From positions 124,001 to 188,000 of the forward strand of contig MU057700.1 of the NCBI GenBank assembly GCA_013265495.1: DNA of 64,000 nucleotides, read 5' to 3'. A program made the position numbers and the translations under genes. The notes under the pieces are model-generated. The model worked only from the letters and a program-made list of their open reading frames with translations. It made no database searches and was not told where the DNA came from. Shown here one piece after another: positions 24,376 through 36,924 of this stretch (the first letter of the stretch is position 1; each line of letters begins with the position of its first letter). Origin of the DNA: Vicugna vicugna (lineage: Eukaryota).

Positions 24376-25719
24376 GCCAGTAAATTTATTCTTAAGAATT
24401 TTATTCTTTTTAATACTATTTTCTTAAGTTCATGTTTGTTCATTGCAAGTGTATACAGATACAACTGTCTTTCTTGTATTGATATTTTATGCTGTAACCT
24501 TGCTGAACTCATTTATTAGTTTTAATAGTTTTTATAGTTCTATAAACAAGATTATGTCTTCTGTGAGTAGAGACATTTTCACTTCTTCCTTACAATCTGA
24601 GTATGTCTTTTCTTTCTTTTTCTTGCTTAATTACTCTGGCTAGAACCTCCAGTACAATTTTGTTTTTATTTATTTTTACTGTTTTAAATTAAAAAAAATT
24701 TTTAATTGAAGTATAGTCAGTTACAATGTGTCAATTTCTGGTGTATATGTCCCAGTAAAAAAATATATGTATTTATTTCTCCAGCACAATTTTGAATAGA
24801 AGTGGCAAGAGCAGACATTCTTGTCTTATGTCCTGATCTTAGGGGAAAGGCAGCTCTGAATGCTGATTCCCCTCCACCTTTCCTGGTTTGTTTTTGTTGC
24901 TGTTTGTCTGCTTACTTGTTTTGTGACTTCATTTCATTTGTCTATTTTAGTGAAGTCTATTTCCTCTGGACGGTGGAACCTCTGGTGATACTTTTCAGAG
25001 GGCACAGTCTTCTGCTCCTGCACGTTCACCCTGGGGCGACCATGTTTTCAGGGGGGCTCTTTTGACTATTGCTTCCTTTGATCTCTGTTAAGCTGTCGGT
25101 CTCATTGGTATCACCCCCATAGCCTAGGCTCCGCTGATCACTGGCTAATCGCTGTATTGTTTTCTACAGCGCCTTGGGGTATAAATTGTTCCTCAGTCTG
25201 ATCCAATTAAATTCAGGCAAGGGTAATTTTTGATGCCAGTTATTGAGCAGGTGAGCTCCTAGTAACTATCTGTTTTCCTGGTTCTCTCTGGTGAATTAGC
25301 TGGCCTATGGTTTAGTTTGTTGCTCTTAATTAAGAGGAGCTATAGTTTTTAAGAATATCCTTAAACTTGAATTTCACACTCTGCTTCAAAAAAGTCAGTT
25401 CCTTTGGGGAGAGCTTCAGAGCTCTCTTTCTAATTGACTGCTCCTCCTCACTGCCCTGTCCACTGAGCTGGGGGCTGGGTGGGTGTGGTAGCCTCTGGTC
25501 TTCTCGGCTTGCTTTTCCTGGTATGGAACCTCTGTCCTACCAAAGAGCTGGGGAAAGAGTGATCAGGACCCCAGTATTCTTGGCCTGCTGCACCTGGGCT
25601 CGAGCCTCTGCCCTGTAGGTCCAGGAAGGGAGCCCCTGGCCTCTTGGCTACACTTCCCAGGAACTGAGCCTCTTCAGCTTGGAGCTGGAGATGAGAGATG
25701 CTGGTGGGCTTCCTCTCCT

Positions 25720-26203
25720 GGTGAAATACACTAACCCTTTGGATAAGAAAACCGTTCTTGTGTTTCTCCTTTATTCTCACGCTACTATCACACTCACAAC
25801 TCTTTTGACACCAGATGTGTGGATTTTCCACATATCAAACAATCCTGTGACACCAAATGGGTGTCCTACAATCCAGTTCAGTTCTGACACTCTTTACCCG
25901 GAGTTAGCATCAGATCCCACAGGCTAAGAATTCAGTCCCACAAGACTGCCCCAGATGCCCCGATCCTGAACCTACCCAGGAGCCCACCAAGAGTTGCATC
26001 CTTAGAACAAAAGAGACTCCTATCATCCCAGAAATTCCAAGGGGCTTAGGAGCTCTGAGTCAGGAATTCGGGTCAAAGACCAAATGTTAGAATAAAAGAT
26101 GCCCCTAGTGCTCTGACCACGCAGGAGGTTACCAGGGTTTTAGGATTCCTGTGCCAGGAACCAGGGGCAGAGACCAACATGAATATTTTATTATTTTGCA
26201 CCC
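25720..26203 (-). mobile_element. MER21-like LTR
   Basis: gggtgtcctacaatcc..ttctgacact..ggagttagcatcagatcccacagg..agtcccacaagactgcccc is MER21-family text. Confidence 0.7.
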
Positions 26204-26455
26204 ATAACTGGGGCTGAGGGGAGAGGGAGCCTTGTTGTTTGGCTCATCTGCCCATTGTAGGGCCTCCCTCAGGCTGAGCTGGGGAGAAGGGAGGAGGGAA
26301 GGAGCAGGATGTGGTTCAGGTCCCACAGGCTCGCACTGTTCTTACTGAGTGTTAGTAGATTTTCCTGAATAAACATTTCTTCATTTGTTGACTGCCCTTA
26401 GGATGATTTCCAGAGACTTTATTGTATTTTTTTCCAGAGACTTTAAATGGTGTAG

Positions 26456-26575
26456 TTTTTCGGGGGGCGGGAGTATTTAGGTTTATTTATTTTTTTAACA
26501 GAGGTACTGGGGATTGAACCCAGGACCCTGTGCATGCTAAGCATGCACTCTACCACTGAGCTGTATACCCTCCCC
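26456..26575 (-). mobile_element. tRNA-Ala-derived SINE
   Basis: SINE body; TSD atggtgtagtttt on both sides. Confidence 0.9.
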
Positions 26576-27061
26576 TAGATGGTGTAGTTTTAAAAAATAG
26601 TTTTTCCCCACATTGCTTGCTTCGCTCAGGCCACCATCCTGGAGGTGGCACTTTCAGTGGTCTTTTTTATCTCACGCTGGTCTACACACAGAGGCCCCCA
26701 GGGATGGTTCTGCCCTCAGACCTCCCGGACCCCCCAACACTGGTGGGGGTTGATTGTCATGGTGAAGCACGTCTCAGTTTAGCACTTGTGTGTGTGTGTC
26801 GCCGCTTGGTTCTACACTTCTTACCTGCTCCTCTTATGCAGGACAAAGCCTGAGATGACGTGGCTCATGGTGGCAGCAGCTTGCAGGCCAGCATGTCACA
26901 TGCGTGGCTCACTGCCGCGCTGAGAATTCCACCTGTGCTCCATTGACACCCTCCTTCCAGAGCCCACCTGTACTTCTCACTTTTCACCGTCCTGTCCCTT
27001 TCTCTGAGAAGGAGGAGGGGGTCCCAGGGCAGGTTAGACAGGCCACAAATCATCTCTGGGC

Positions 27062-27315
27062 TGTAGGGGAACAGGATTTGCCACTCTAAATGAAATGTCT
27101 CTTTGGCATGTGGATTATTTCCAGCTGAAAACAATCAAGACCCAGAAGATGCTGGAAGAGACTTTGCCCCCTACCCCGACCCTGGCACCTCCCCAGTCCA
27201 CATCCAGCCTGTCCCTATATAAACAATAATTCAAGCTAAGTTTGACTAACAGAACTGAGAAGAGAGTTAATGGGGAACAGGTAAATAACCATCAAATCTG
27301 GGCTGGTACAACATC
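27062..27315 (+). mobile_element. ERV1-like LTR fragment
   Basis: tgtaggggaac..tgtctctttggcatgtggatta resembles the 5' end of the LTR at 22061-22588. Confidence 0.5.
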
Positions 27316-28287
27316 TCATTTCACCACTGCTGGTGGAGGAACATCACCACTGCTAGGGATGTGAGATCTGGGAGCAAGGAGAGGGAGCCAGCGCTTCCCA
27401 GGCCTGGCCCTCCAGTGCTCAGGGCTGCCTGAGCCCTAACCAGCCTCTGTGAATGCTGTGAGTAAATCACTGACAGCACTTGGGAGGTGCACGTGTCTGC
27501 ACTGACAGGAAGAAATGTAACTCCACAGAGCTGTGGACGCCCAGCCTGCAAGGCTAGGCCCTTCTGGTGAGGAACCCAGAAGTTCCTTCCTCCACGGGGC
27601 CCAGCAGAGCCGCCTTCTGCTCAGCCAGGTTCCCGAGACACCTCTGCATATGACTACTTGGCCCTGAGGGGCAGCACCCCGTTTCAAAGCCCCTCCCCCT
27701 GCTCTCACCTTGGCGTCTCCCAGAGCAAATAAGAAGACAGAATGTGTCTGTGAGCTGGAGTGAGGGCTGGGCAGAAGGAAGGGTCAGGAAGGCCAGCTTC
27801 AGGGGCGCCCAGAGCTTGGTGGACCAGCAGGCCTCCCAGCCAGGTCCCAGATCTGCCCTCCATCACTGAGGGACCTGGGCAAGGCTCCGAACCTCAGTTT
27901 CCCCTGGTTGATGTTAATGGCAGTATCTACGTCTGGGTCACCGTGAGATTTAGATGAAGATGCCTCCCAACGAGGGACCTGACAAGCTTCCAGATCTGTG
28001 TTGGTTCCTATTGTGGTATTATTTCCACTACCAGTTACTCTGACTTGGAATCTTAGTGACCCATTCACAGCACTGCCCTCAGGGTGAAATGAGGTCGTAT
28101 ATAAGTGTCGCCAATTGAAAAGTGTTAACGGCGCCGGGCTTGCCGAAACTCAGGTCCATCTGACACAGGCGAGGCTTCCGAAACCTGGTCTGTGTGTCAG
28201 AATCACTAGAGGCTTTAAAACCTGAGGCCCAGCATTCTAAATCATTTACCATTTACTCAGAAATAAACTGTAAAAAGGTGTATTCAT

Positions 28288-28515
28288 TTTCTATTGCAGT
28301 TTGATTAATCACCACAGACAGTTCCTGTTTATTGCCTCATAGTTCTGGGGGTCAGGAGTCCAGGTGTGCTGGGCAGGGTTCTCCGTCAGGGTGTCAGGGC
28401 CAAGTCAAGGTGTGGGCCAGGGGGCTCTTATCTGAGGCTCTGAGCAAGATTCTGCTTCCAAGCCCAGCCAGGTTGTTGGCAGAATCCAGTTCCTTGGGGC
28501 TGTAGGACTTGCACT
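28288..28515 (-). mobile_element. MaLR (MLT1) LTR fragment
   Basis: tgtattcattttctattgc..ctcatagttctgggggtcaggagtcc..gttgttggcagaatccagttcctt. Confidence 0.6.
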
Positions 28516-28794
28516 CGGGGGAGAGAAGGCCTTGGGGATGGTGGGGGAAGGACCAGTGGAGCCCCAGAGACTGCCTCTCGTCCCCTGGCCCCCCCATAAT
28601 CGACCGACCAACTGTTACCAGTCTCCACGGTGGTGGTAAACCTCAGCCTTCATCTGGCTACCCTCTCCATCCTTTCAAGTGTAACCCAGAGAAATGGAAC
28701 TGGAGGTGAGCAGCAGACCTGGGAGAGGGGCCCAAGGGAGGGACAGGGAATAATGAGGTCTGGGGCCCAGGGCAGCAGGCACTGGGAGGACAGG

Positions 28795-29812
28795 GTAGGG
28801 TGCACGTATCTTTTCAAATTAGTGTCTTTGTTTTTTTCAGATATATACTCAGGAGTAGAATTGCTGGGTCATATGGTAGTTCTATTCTCAATTTTTTGAG
28901 AAACCTCCATACTGTTTTCCATAGGGGCTGCACTAATTTATATTCCTACCAACAGTGTAGAGGTTTCCCTCTTCTCCACAGCCTCGCCAATATTTGTCAT
29001 TTGTGTTCTTTATGATGACGGCCATTCTGATAGCTGTGAGATGATATCTCATTGTGGTTTTGATTTGCATTTCCCTGATAAATAGTGATATTGAGCATCT
29101 TTTCATGTGCCTGTTGGCCATCTGCATTTCCTCTGAAAAAATGTCTATTCAGATCTTCAGCCCATTTTTTAAATAGGTTTGTTTGTTTTTTTGATGTTGA
29201 ATTTTATGGGCTGTTTATATATGTTGGATATTACTACCTTATCAGTCATGTTATTTGCAAATATTTTCTCCCATTCAGTAGGCTGTCTTTTCACTTTGTC
29301 AAGGGTTTCCTTTGCTGTACAAAAGTGTTTAAGTTCAATTAAGTCCTATTTATTTATTTTTGCTTTTATTTCCTTTGCTTTAGGAGACAGATTCCACTCC
29401 TCTCCTCCAAATTGCTGTGATTTATGTCAAAGAGTGTTCTGCCTATGTTTTTCTCTAGGAATTTTATAGTATCCAGTCTTACCTTTAGGTCTTTCATCCA
29501 TTTTATTTCTGTGTATGGTGTTAGAGAATGTTCTAATTTCATTCTACATGCAGCTGTCCAGTTTCTCAACAGCACTTATTGAAGAGACTATGTTTTCACC
29601 ATTGTATATTGTTGCCTCCTTTGTCAAAGATTAATTGGCCATAAGTATGTGGGTTTATTTCTGGGCTCTGTATTCTGTTCCATTGATCTATGAGTCTGTT
29701 TTTGTGCCAGTACCATACTGTTTTGATTACTGTAGCTTTGTGGTATAGTTTGAAGTCAGAGAACTTGACCCCTCCAGCTTTGTTCTTCTTTCTCAAGATT
29801 GTTTTAGCTAGA
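28795..29812 (-). mobile_element. L1 ORF2 C-terminal fragment (decayed)
   Basis: Minus-strand translations [34 protein letters not shown] and [28 protein letters not shown] are L1 ORF2. Confidence 0.92.
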
Positions 29813-29925
29813 TTCAAATGTTAATGTCACATAGAAATACCCTCACAGACACACCCAGAATAATATTTGACCAAATGCCTGGGCTCTGTGACCCAGCCAA
29901 ATAGACACATAGAATCAACCATTAA
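29812..29925 (-). mobile_element. MLT2 (ERVL) LTR fragment
   Basis: gattcaaatgttaat..accctcacagacacacccagaataat..cagccaaatagacacata..aaccatta. Confidence 0.65.
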
Positions 29926-29929
29926 CCTC

Positions 29930-30420
29930 AGCCTTGTCTTCTCTCACAGCCAACTCACAACCCATAAGCAAATCCTGTTGCATCAAGGCTAAAAATACAT
30001 CCAAAATTAGACCACTTCTCACCACATCTCCTGCTACAAAACTGGTTACAGCCAGCCAGCATTTTCTGGGTTACTGCAGAAGCCTCCCAACTGGACTCCT
30101 CAAGCTTACATTTGTTCCCCTTCATTCAGTTTTTCAGCATCACAACCACATAATATTTTTTTTATCATGTCACTCCTTGGCTACAAACCTTCAAATGGCT
30201 CCAATTTCCCTCTGATTACAATCCATAGTACTTGCAGGGTCTCACAAGACCCTACATGATGTTGCCTCATTCCTTCTGCACCCACCAACTCTTCCCCTCA
30301 CCCTTGCTCCCTCTGTTCCAGCTGCACTTGCTGTTCCAGCCACAGCACCAGGCACCAAGTGCATCAGGCATTTTCCCACCTTAAGGAAGTTTCCACTTGT
30401 TCACTGCCTTGGGAGCTCAT
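29930..30420. mobile_element. L2 fragment
   Basis: ccacttctcaccac..ttactgcagaagcctcccaactgg..atcatgtcactcc..aaaccttcaaatggctcc is L2-type text. Confidence 0.6.
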
Positions 30421-30719
30421 GTCTTTCAGTTTTTTTTCCCCTCAAATACCACCTTCTAAATATAAGTCCCCCATATTCCTCATCTTCTTTATTGTTAAAT
30501 CTTACCCATCCATGGCACCCAAGGTGGCATTCTCATCATCCCAGACACCGTGCATTTTATCATGATGTGTGTGACTACAGCATATGCCTCGAGGCCAGCC
30601 TCTCCACTGCCTGCTTCCTCCTCCTCCCTTGATACAAAGGTGGCCCTCAGTCTCTTGAGGGTCAGCACTCCACCCTTCTGGCTCCTGCAGCAGGTTTTTT
30701 TTTTTTTAACTTTATAATT

Positions 30720-31447
30720 CTTTTTTTTATTGAAGTGTAGTCAGTTTACAATGTTAATTTCAGGTGTACAGCAAAGCGATTCAGTTTTATATATATATAT
30801 ATATACGCACACATACATATACATATATATACACATATACACATACACTTTCAGATTCTTTTGCATTGCATTACAGCTCATTATAAGAAACTGAATATAG
30901 TTCCCTGTGCTATATAGTGGGGCCTTGTTTTTTACCTATTTTATATATAGTAATGTGTATCTGTTACTCCCAAACTCCTAATTTATCCCTCCCACACATT
31001 TCCCCTTTGGTAACTATAGTTTATTTTCTATGTCTGTGAGTCTATTTATGGTTTGTAAATAAAATTTGTATTTCTTTTTTTTTTTTAGATTTCACATATA
31101 AGCGACATCATACATTTGTCTTTCTCTGTCTGACTTACTTCACTTAATATAATAATCTCTAGGTCCATCCATGTTGCCGCAAATGGCATTACTTCATTCT
31201 TTTTATGGCTGAATAGTATTCCATTGTATAAATATACCACATCTTCTTTATCCATTTATTTGTCAGTGGACATTTAGGTTGTTTCCATGTCTTGGCTATT
31301 GTATGTAGTGCTGCTGTGAACATTGGGGTGCATGTGTCTTTTTGAATTAGAGTTTCCTCAGGATATATGTCCAGGAGTGGGATTGCTGGATCATGTGTAA
31401 GTCTAGTTTTTTAAGGAATCTCCATACTGTCCTCCTTCGTGGCTGCG
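30720..31447 (-). mobile_element. L1 3' end with internal (TA/CA)n microsatellite
   Basis: L1 3'UTR and ORF2 end text. Confidence 0.88.
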
Positions 31448-33169
31448 GCAGATTTTAACACTCACATCATTTCCAAATTAAAACATAAAAGAGGCCTTCC
31501 TCAACCCTAGTCACCCTGGAGTCTCTGGTCTTCCTTCTCTGCAAGGGTCCTCCCCTTGCCTTTCTTGGTGACCCGCGCAGAGCACGGAGCTCATTCCCAC
31601 CCGGCCTCTTCACTGTGGCCCCGCCCCTCCTCCTGTAACAGGCTCTCCCAGGCACTTCAAGGTCCCCGAGCCGCCACTGGGATTCTTTTTCCCTTCCTGA
31701 AAACTCCTTCTCAGAGCGTCCATCCCACCACACCATTCCCCTCCTGTCCGCTCCAAGTCCTGCATCCCAGGGCCACCTTGTCAGGCTCTCCTTGGTACTC
31801 TCTGTTCTTAACCTCCTGAAACTTCATGATGGGCATCCTGGCCTGATGTTTGGGGACAGGGATTCTGCTGCCCATTTGGCTTTGGGTCCTGACCCAGCCA
31901 CTTCTTGGCTGCCTTGTTTTGGGCCTGTCCCTTCCCCTGGGAGAAGCCGATTCCTCTCCAGACAGGGGAAGATGAGAGCAGCCTTCCCCGCAGGACAGCC
32001 CTGAGGATGAGCTGAGGTGGAGGAGACCAGGGGCCCCACACGCAACACATGGGTGTTTTACTGAGAGGACTTTGTCTCCTGCCTCAGATGCTGGGCCTGA
32101 GTTGGGGTTAGTCCCAGCCTCTCTGACCGCCCCTTCCCTCAGGAACTATTTTTGTACCTTTGTACTGATCAGGAGGTGGAGGTACTGTGGCCTTGCCCAG
32201 GACCACACAGCTGACAGCGGTACCAGCATCCCACATGGCAGACAGCAGTAGAGTCAATGTTGAAAACTGGCCCCTTGGTTTGAGGGCACCTCTTCCCTGC
32301 TCTGCTCAAGACTCACCCCAGATGTGCAGTCCTCTTTTCAGCCCTCCCTCGGCATCTTGTAGGGCCTCAGTGTAGATGTAGCCCCAGCTCCACCCCAGCC
32401 CTGGGGTCTGGGTCCCCTCCAGGGGCCCTGCCTCAGCCTCACTGACCTCTCACATTCCTTTCTACCTCTTGTGTTCCTCCTTCCCTGTCCTGATGTTCCT
32501 GGAGGTCATGACAGCTGTCCTCTGGGCCCCTGGCACAGCCCCAGGAAATGCGTGCCTGTGCGTACCTCTGACCTTCCTTCTGCTGTTGCTCTTCTGGTCT
32601 TTCTGGCTGAACTGGGTGCCTGCCTTGCCCACCCCCGGGGCCAGTTTTTCTGCAGGCCGCCTCCAGCTGTCTCCCAGATCCTCTTTCCCCGCCTCCTCTC
32701 ATTTCCCGGGACTGACCCTCATCCCACACCTTATCCCTTTACACGCCCACAGTTACAAAAAGTTCCTTGGCCATTTCCCCCCTCCACGTCAGTTTTCTCA
32801 AGCATTGCTCTCACCACGCCTGGTCCCACGGCTTTCTCTCTAGTCATGTCTGGTTCCTTAGCTCCAACTCCAGCATCTCCCTGCCCCCTTGACTTCTCCC
32901 TGCCTATTCGGCCCCATCTCCAGCTTTTCCCCAACACCCTGTGTCTGCTCCAGGCAGCTGGATGCCCATATAGATTCAAACTCAGTGTGCTCAGTCCAAC
33001 AGCCTATTCTGTTCTCTTCTCCACATCACCAGTGTGGCCAGGCGGCCTGGCCCTTGTGGGATTTGGAATTGGAGGTGTGTCCACAGCATTGTGTAGTCCA
33101 GGGTGGAGCAGTGTGCTGGAAGGGAGTTTCAGAGGCATCTGGTGCGCTGTACACTGGGGACTGCAGGGA

Positions 33170-33572
33170 AGGACTGGCTGTGGGGGCTGGGATGCCCGGT
33201 TAGATCCCCTCAGGACAGAGGCACCCATTGCTCCAGCTGCTGGGAGTAGTGGCTGCTCCTCCAGGAACTTTCCTTAGCCCAGGGTCATGTCCCCTCCCCT
33301 GGGGCAGCCACCTCCAGTGACTTGGCAATGCGGGGTGTAAAGGCTCCCTGGCCCCAAGGCAGGGCATCCCTGAGCAGCCAGCCCAGCTCCTGAGCTGCTC
33401 CGTGGATCTGAATGATGCCTTTGTTGGAAGGGCATCCTGGTTCAGTCGTCCTCTGCCCACCGCGTCTCCTTCAGACCTCTCCCACTGGTATTGTTCCCAA
33501 GAACACTACAGTAAATGTCCTACACGCACATGGCCAGTTTAGTCTTTTTCCTGGGGATCCTGACCCAAGGCA
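33170..33572 (+). mobile_element. LTR16/LTR33-like LTR (5' LTR of an ERVL-class provirus)
   Basis: Ends ttgttcccaagaacact..agtaaatgtcctacacgca..ctggggatcctgacccaagg, typical of LTR16/33 3' ends; directly followed by ERV internal sequence. Confidence 0.6.
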
Positions 33573-34180
33573 TTTGGTTCCATGGTGGGTTGAGGAAGCT
33601 GACCCATGGTGGGTTGAGGTTCTGGAGGTCATTGCTGCTGGCCGCCTGGTGACAAAACCCGCCATCACTGGAGGTGGGGGTGTATTGATTCCCCTGACAT
33701 GCTGGTAATAGGTGAAGTTGTTAACACTTTCACAGGTGGTGAATTGGAGGGTAAAAAATGCCCTGGGGACCCAATATCTCAGGCTTCTGAGAGGTGCTGG
33801 GAAGGACTAATTATAAGGTCTGGAACTGGACGGCTGCTGCTGGTACCATGGGCTGGAGAAAGACAATGAAAAGCCAAGCATGACTCATCACTAACTGATC
33901 AGGAAGCTGTCAAAGTCAGAGGGCCTTCCAGGCTGTGTTGAAAGAGACCCTATTTCCTGCTGCTCCAGGGCTGAAAACACTGAGAATCAGACCCAGAGCT
34001 TAATTAGAGCTGGAGCAGCGGTGAACTCTCAGCCTCAGCAAGTTCCCTCCCTGTGTTGGTTCAGAAGTCCCCTGCGGCTTAGCATGGGGACATCTGAGCA
34101 GACAATTGTGCTCAGATTTCCAGGAACTCTCTGCACCTGCAGAAGTGCCTTCCCTCCCCTCAGGCTTCCCCCTCTCCACC

Positions 34181-34342
34181 NNNNNNNNNNNNNNNNNNNN
34201 NNNNNNNNNNNNNNNNNNNNNNNNNNNNNNNNNNNNNNNNNNNNNNNNNNNNNNNNNNNNNNNNNNNNNNNNNNNNNNNNNNNNNNNNNNNNNNNNNNNN
34301 NNNNNNNNNNNNNNNNNNNNNNNNNNNNNNNNNNNNNNNNNN
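34181..34342. other. Assembly gap (162 N)
   Basis: Run of N flanked by C-rich sequence. Confidence 1.
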
Positions 34343-34894
34343 CCCCGCCCCCAAGTGACAACAACAGGAACTTGAACTGAGACTCAACTAAACTTGGCTG
34401 AGAAGTTGGGCTTGATAAGAAAGGAAAAGGACCAAGCTCTGGAGATGCTGTGGGACTTGGCCAAGGTCGCTGAGAGAGTATGTGTGGGGTCCTGAGGTGG
34501 GGAGACATAAAGTTGGATGAGGCAGAGTTTGTTAATGGGAGAGCTCTCTTCCATGATAGAGGATGTGATATCCTGCGAGGACCCAGGAGGTGGTGCCCAT
34601 GCACTGCCTGTAGCTCCTGGAAGCTTGGAGGAAGCAATGGCCCTCCCTAAGGAGAGAGGCCAGAGGGCTGTGGCAGACAGTGGAAGAAGGGATCACCAGG
34701 CTCAGAGAGGCTGGGCTAGAGTGGAGAACTCACCAGCAGGAGGGCTCAAAATAGCAGAAACCAGGTGGGAGCTCAACCTTCAGAGGAAAGGTGGGCTCAA
34801 CGGTAATGAGGATCAGCGTGGCAGCCAGGGAGACCCCAGCTGTGGAGAGTGATGGAGACCTTTGATGGAGCACGTTTGTTTGTTTGTTTGTTTG

Positions 34895-35781
34895 CTTATT
34901 TAATTGAAGTCTAGTCAGTTTACAACATTATGTCAGTTTCTGGTGTACAGTATAATGTTTCAGTCATACATATACATATGTATATTCATTTTCATATTCT
35001 TTTTTATTATAGTTCACTACAAGATATTGAATATAATTCCCTGTGCTATAGAATAGAAACTTTTTTCCTTTTTCAGTTTTATTAGGTAGAATTATTACAG
35101 TTTGACTGCACATACACATTATATGGCATGTAAATACATATATACAATATACTGCACTTTTTTTTTAGTTTACATATGTGTACAGATCATTGTTTCTAAG
35201 AACAGATTAGAACTATAGCTTTTTAAACTTACATAGTTATCAAAGGAATAAAGTCAACCACAAAATAAGAATCAACAGAGCGCAGTAATCCAGTCATAAA
35301 GGACAGTCAAATGTGCTTATACATATTCAAGAAATCAATCATCTAAGTTATAAATACTAAGTAGTTCATTTATGTCCTTATTTCTAATTTTATTATTATT
35401 TTTTAGAACTAATTTTATTTTTTTAGATTCGACATATAAGTGACATCATATGGTATTTTTCTTTCTCTTTCTGGCTTACTTCACTTAGAATAACCATCTC
35501 CAGGTCCATTCATGTTGCTGCAAATGGCATTATTGTAGTCCTTTTTATGGCTGAGTAGTATTCCAATGTATATAGGTAGCACATTTTCTTTGTCCAGTCC
35601 TCCATTGATGGGTATTTGGGTTGTTTCCATGTCTTGGCTATTTTAAATAGTGCTACTATGAACATTAGGGTGCATATGTCTTTTTGAATTTTATTTTTCT
35701 CTGGGTATATGCCCAGGAGTGGGATTGCTGGATCACATGATAAGTCTAGTTTTAGTTTTTTAAGGAACCTCCATACTGTCC
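34895..35781 (-). mobile_element. Young L1 3' end containing a foreign insert (35061-35358)
   Basis: ORF 35510..35806(-) [25 protein letters not shown] is the L1 ORF2 C-terminus. Confidence 0.9.
35061..35358 (-). pseudogene. Probable retrocopied mRNA 3'-UTR end (source gene not identified)
   Basis: Non-L1 AT-rich sequence ending on the minus strand in AATAAA (35083-35078) and then an A-rich tail, embedded in an L1 3'UTR. Confidence 0.55.
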
Positions 35782-36924
35782 TGATGGAGCAAGTTATTCC
35801 CAACAAAGACGAGCAGCCAACAGAGTTACTGCTTAATATATACCATCAACAGAAATCAGAGATGAATAAGTATGAGACTGAAGGCAGTCAACTCAGTTTT
35901 ACTGTTTCCCTCCTGGACCCCAGTGCCCAAAGGAGAGGCTGAGCCCCCAGGAGGAGGGACCTGGTATCACCACAGCAGGGTGGGTAGTGATGATTGCTCT
36001 GTTCTTCCCCAAAACACGATGGCCACTTACTTGAATTACCATCCACTCAGTAAAGGGGAATCCAAATATTTCAATGACAATTGGATGCAGAGTCTGAGTT
36101 AACAGTGATACACAGGGACCCAAAGTATCACTGTAATCCTTTTCTAGTATTGGGGGCATTTGAGAGCTAGGTAATAAATAAAGCCCTGGCCCAAGTCCAG
36201 CTCACAGTAGGTCCACTGTGTCCAAGGACCCTCTCAGAGGTCATTTTCCCAGGTTCGGAGTGCATGATTGGAAGACATATCTGATGTTTGGAGAACAACT
36301 ACATTGTTTCCTTATGTTAAGCATTATCAAAGTGGGGGAAGTCCAAGTGGAAACTTCTGAACTCTGCTCTCCCAACCCCCCAAACCTGACCAAAGGCCTT
36401 TAAGATGCAGTCTGGTGTCTCCCTTCTTATTCCCATTTAATTCACCTGTTTGACCCCTACAAAAACCAGCTAGATCTTAGAGGATGATAGTGGACTATCT
36501 CTGCCAACCAGGTAGTGGCCCGTTTGTAGCTATTGTGCCAGATGTAGTATCTTTGCTAAAGCAGATTACTATGTCCTCAGGCATGTGGTTCACAGCAATT
36601 CTGGCAAAACTCATTCCTTCTCATCCCTATCAGGGAGGAAGACCAGGAACAGTCGACACTCACTAGGAGTGGACAGCACAATACATGTAAAGTGTTGCTC
36701 CAGAGCTTTGTTGAGTCTCCTTTTGTCAAAATATAGAGCCAAAGGGCTTAGAATATCTGGGCAGTCCGGAGCTCACCACATTCTTCCAATGCATTGACAG
36801 CATCAGTGTCACCAGCTGATTGGACGAGGTGAGCAAGAAGTGTGGAAATATGTTGGAAGCTCTGTATTCCAGAGGGTGGAGATAAGTCCTACAAAGATTC
36901 AGGGGGCCTCACATCACTGAAGGC

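Larger units (their letters stand above)
21815..26660 (-). mobile_element. Old composite L1 (L1M-type) region interrupted by LTRs and SINEs
   Basis: L1 ORF2/3'UTR-like text; ORF 23936..24130(-) MAILPKLIYK..IPIRI..FF..KFIWN..PR..KTILKK is L1 ORF2-like. Confidence 0.75.

Noticed and set aside
32471..33277. Longest ORF in the track (268 aa, +)
   Set aside because: Non-ATG start, Pro/Leu/Ser-rich product of pyrimidine-rich DNA, overlaps L2-like and LTR remnants, no recognisable domain
34021..34637. ORFs spanning the N run
   Set aside because: Artefacts of translating through the assembly gap
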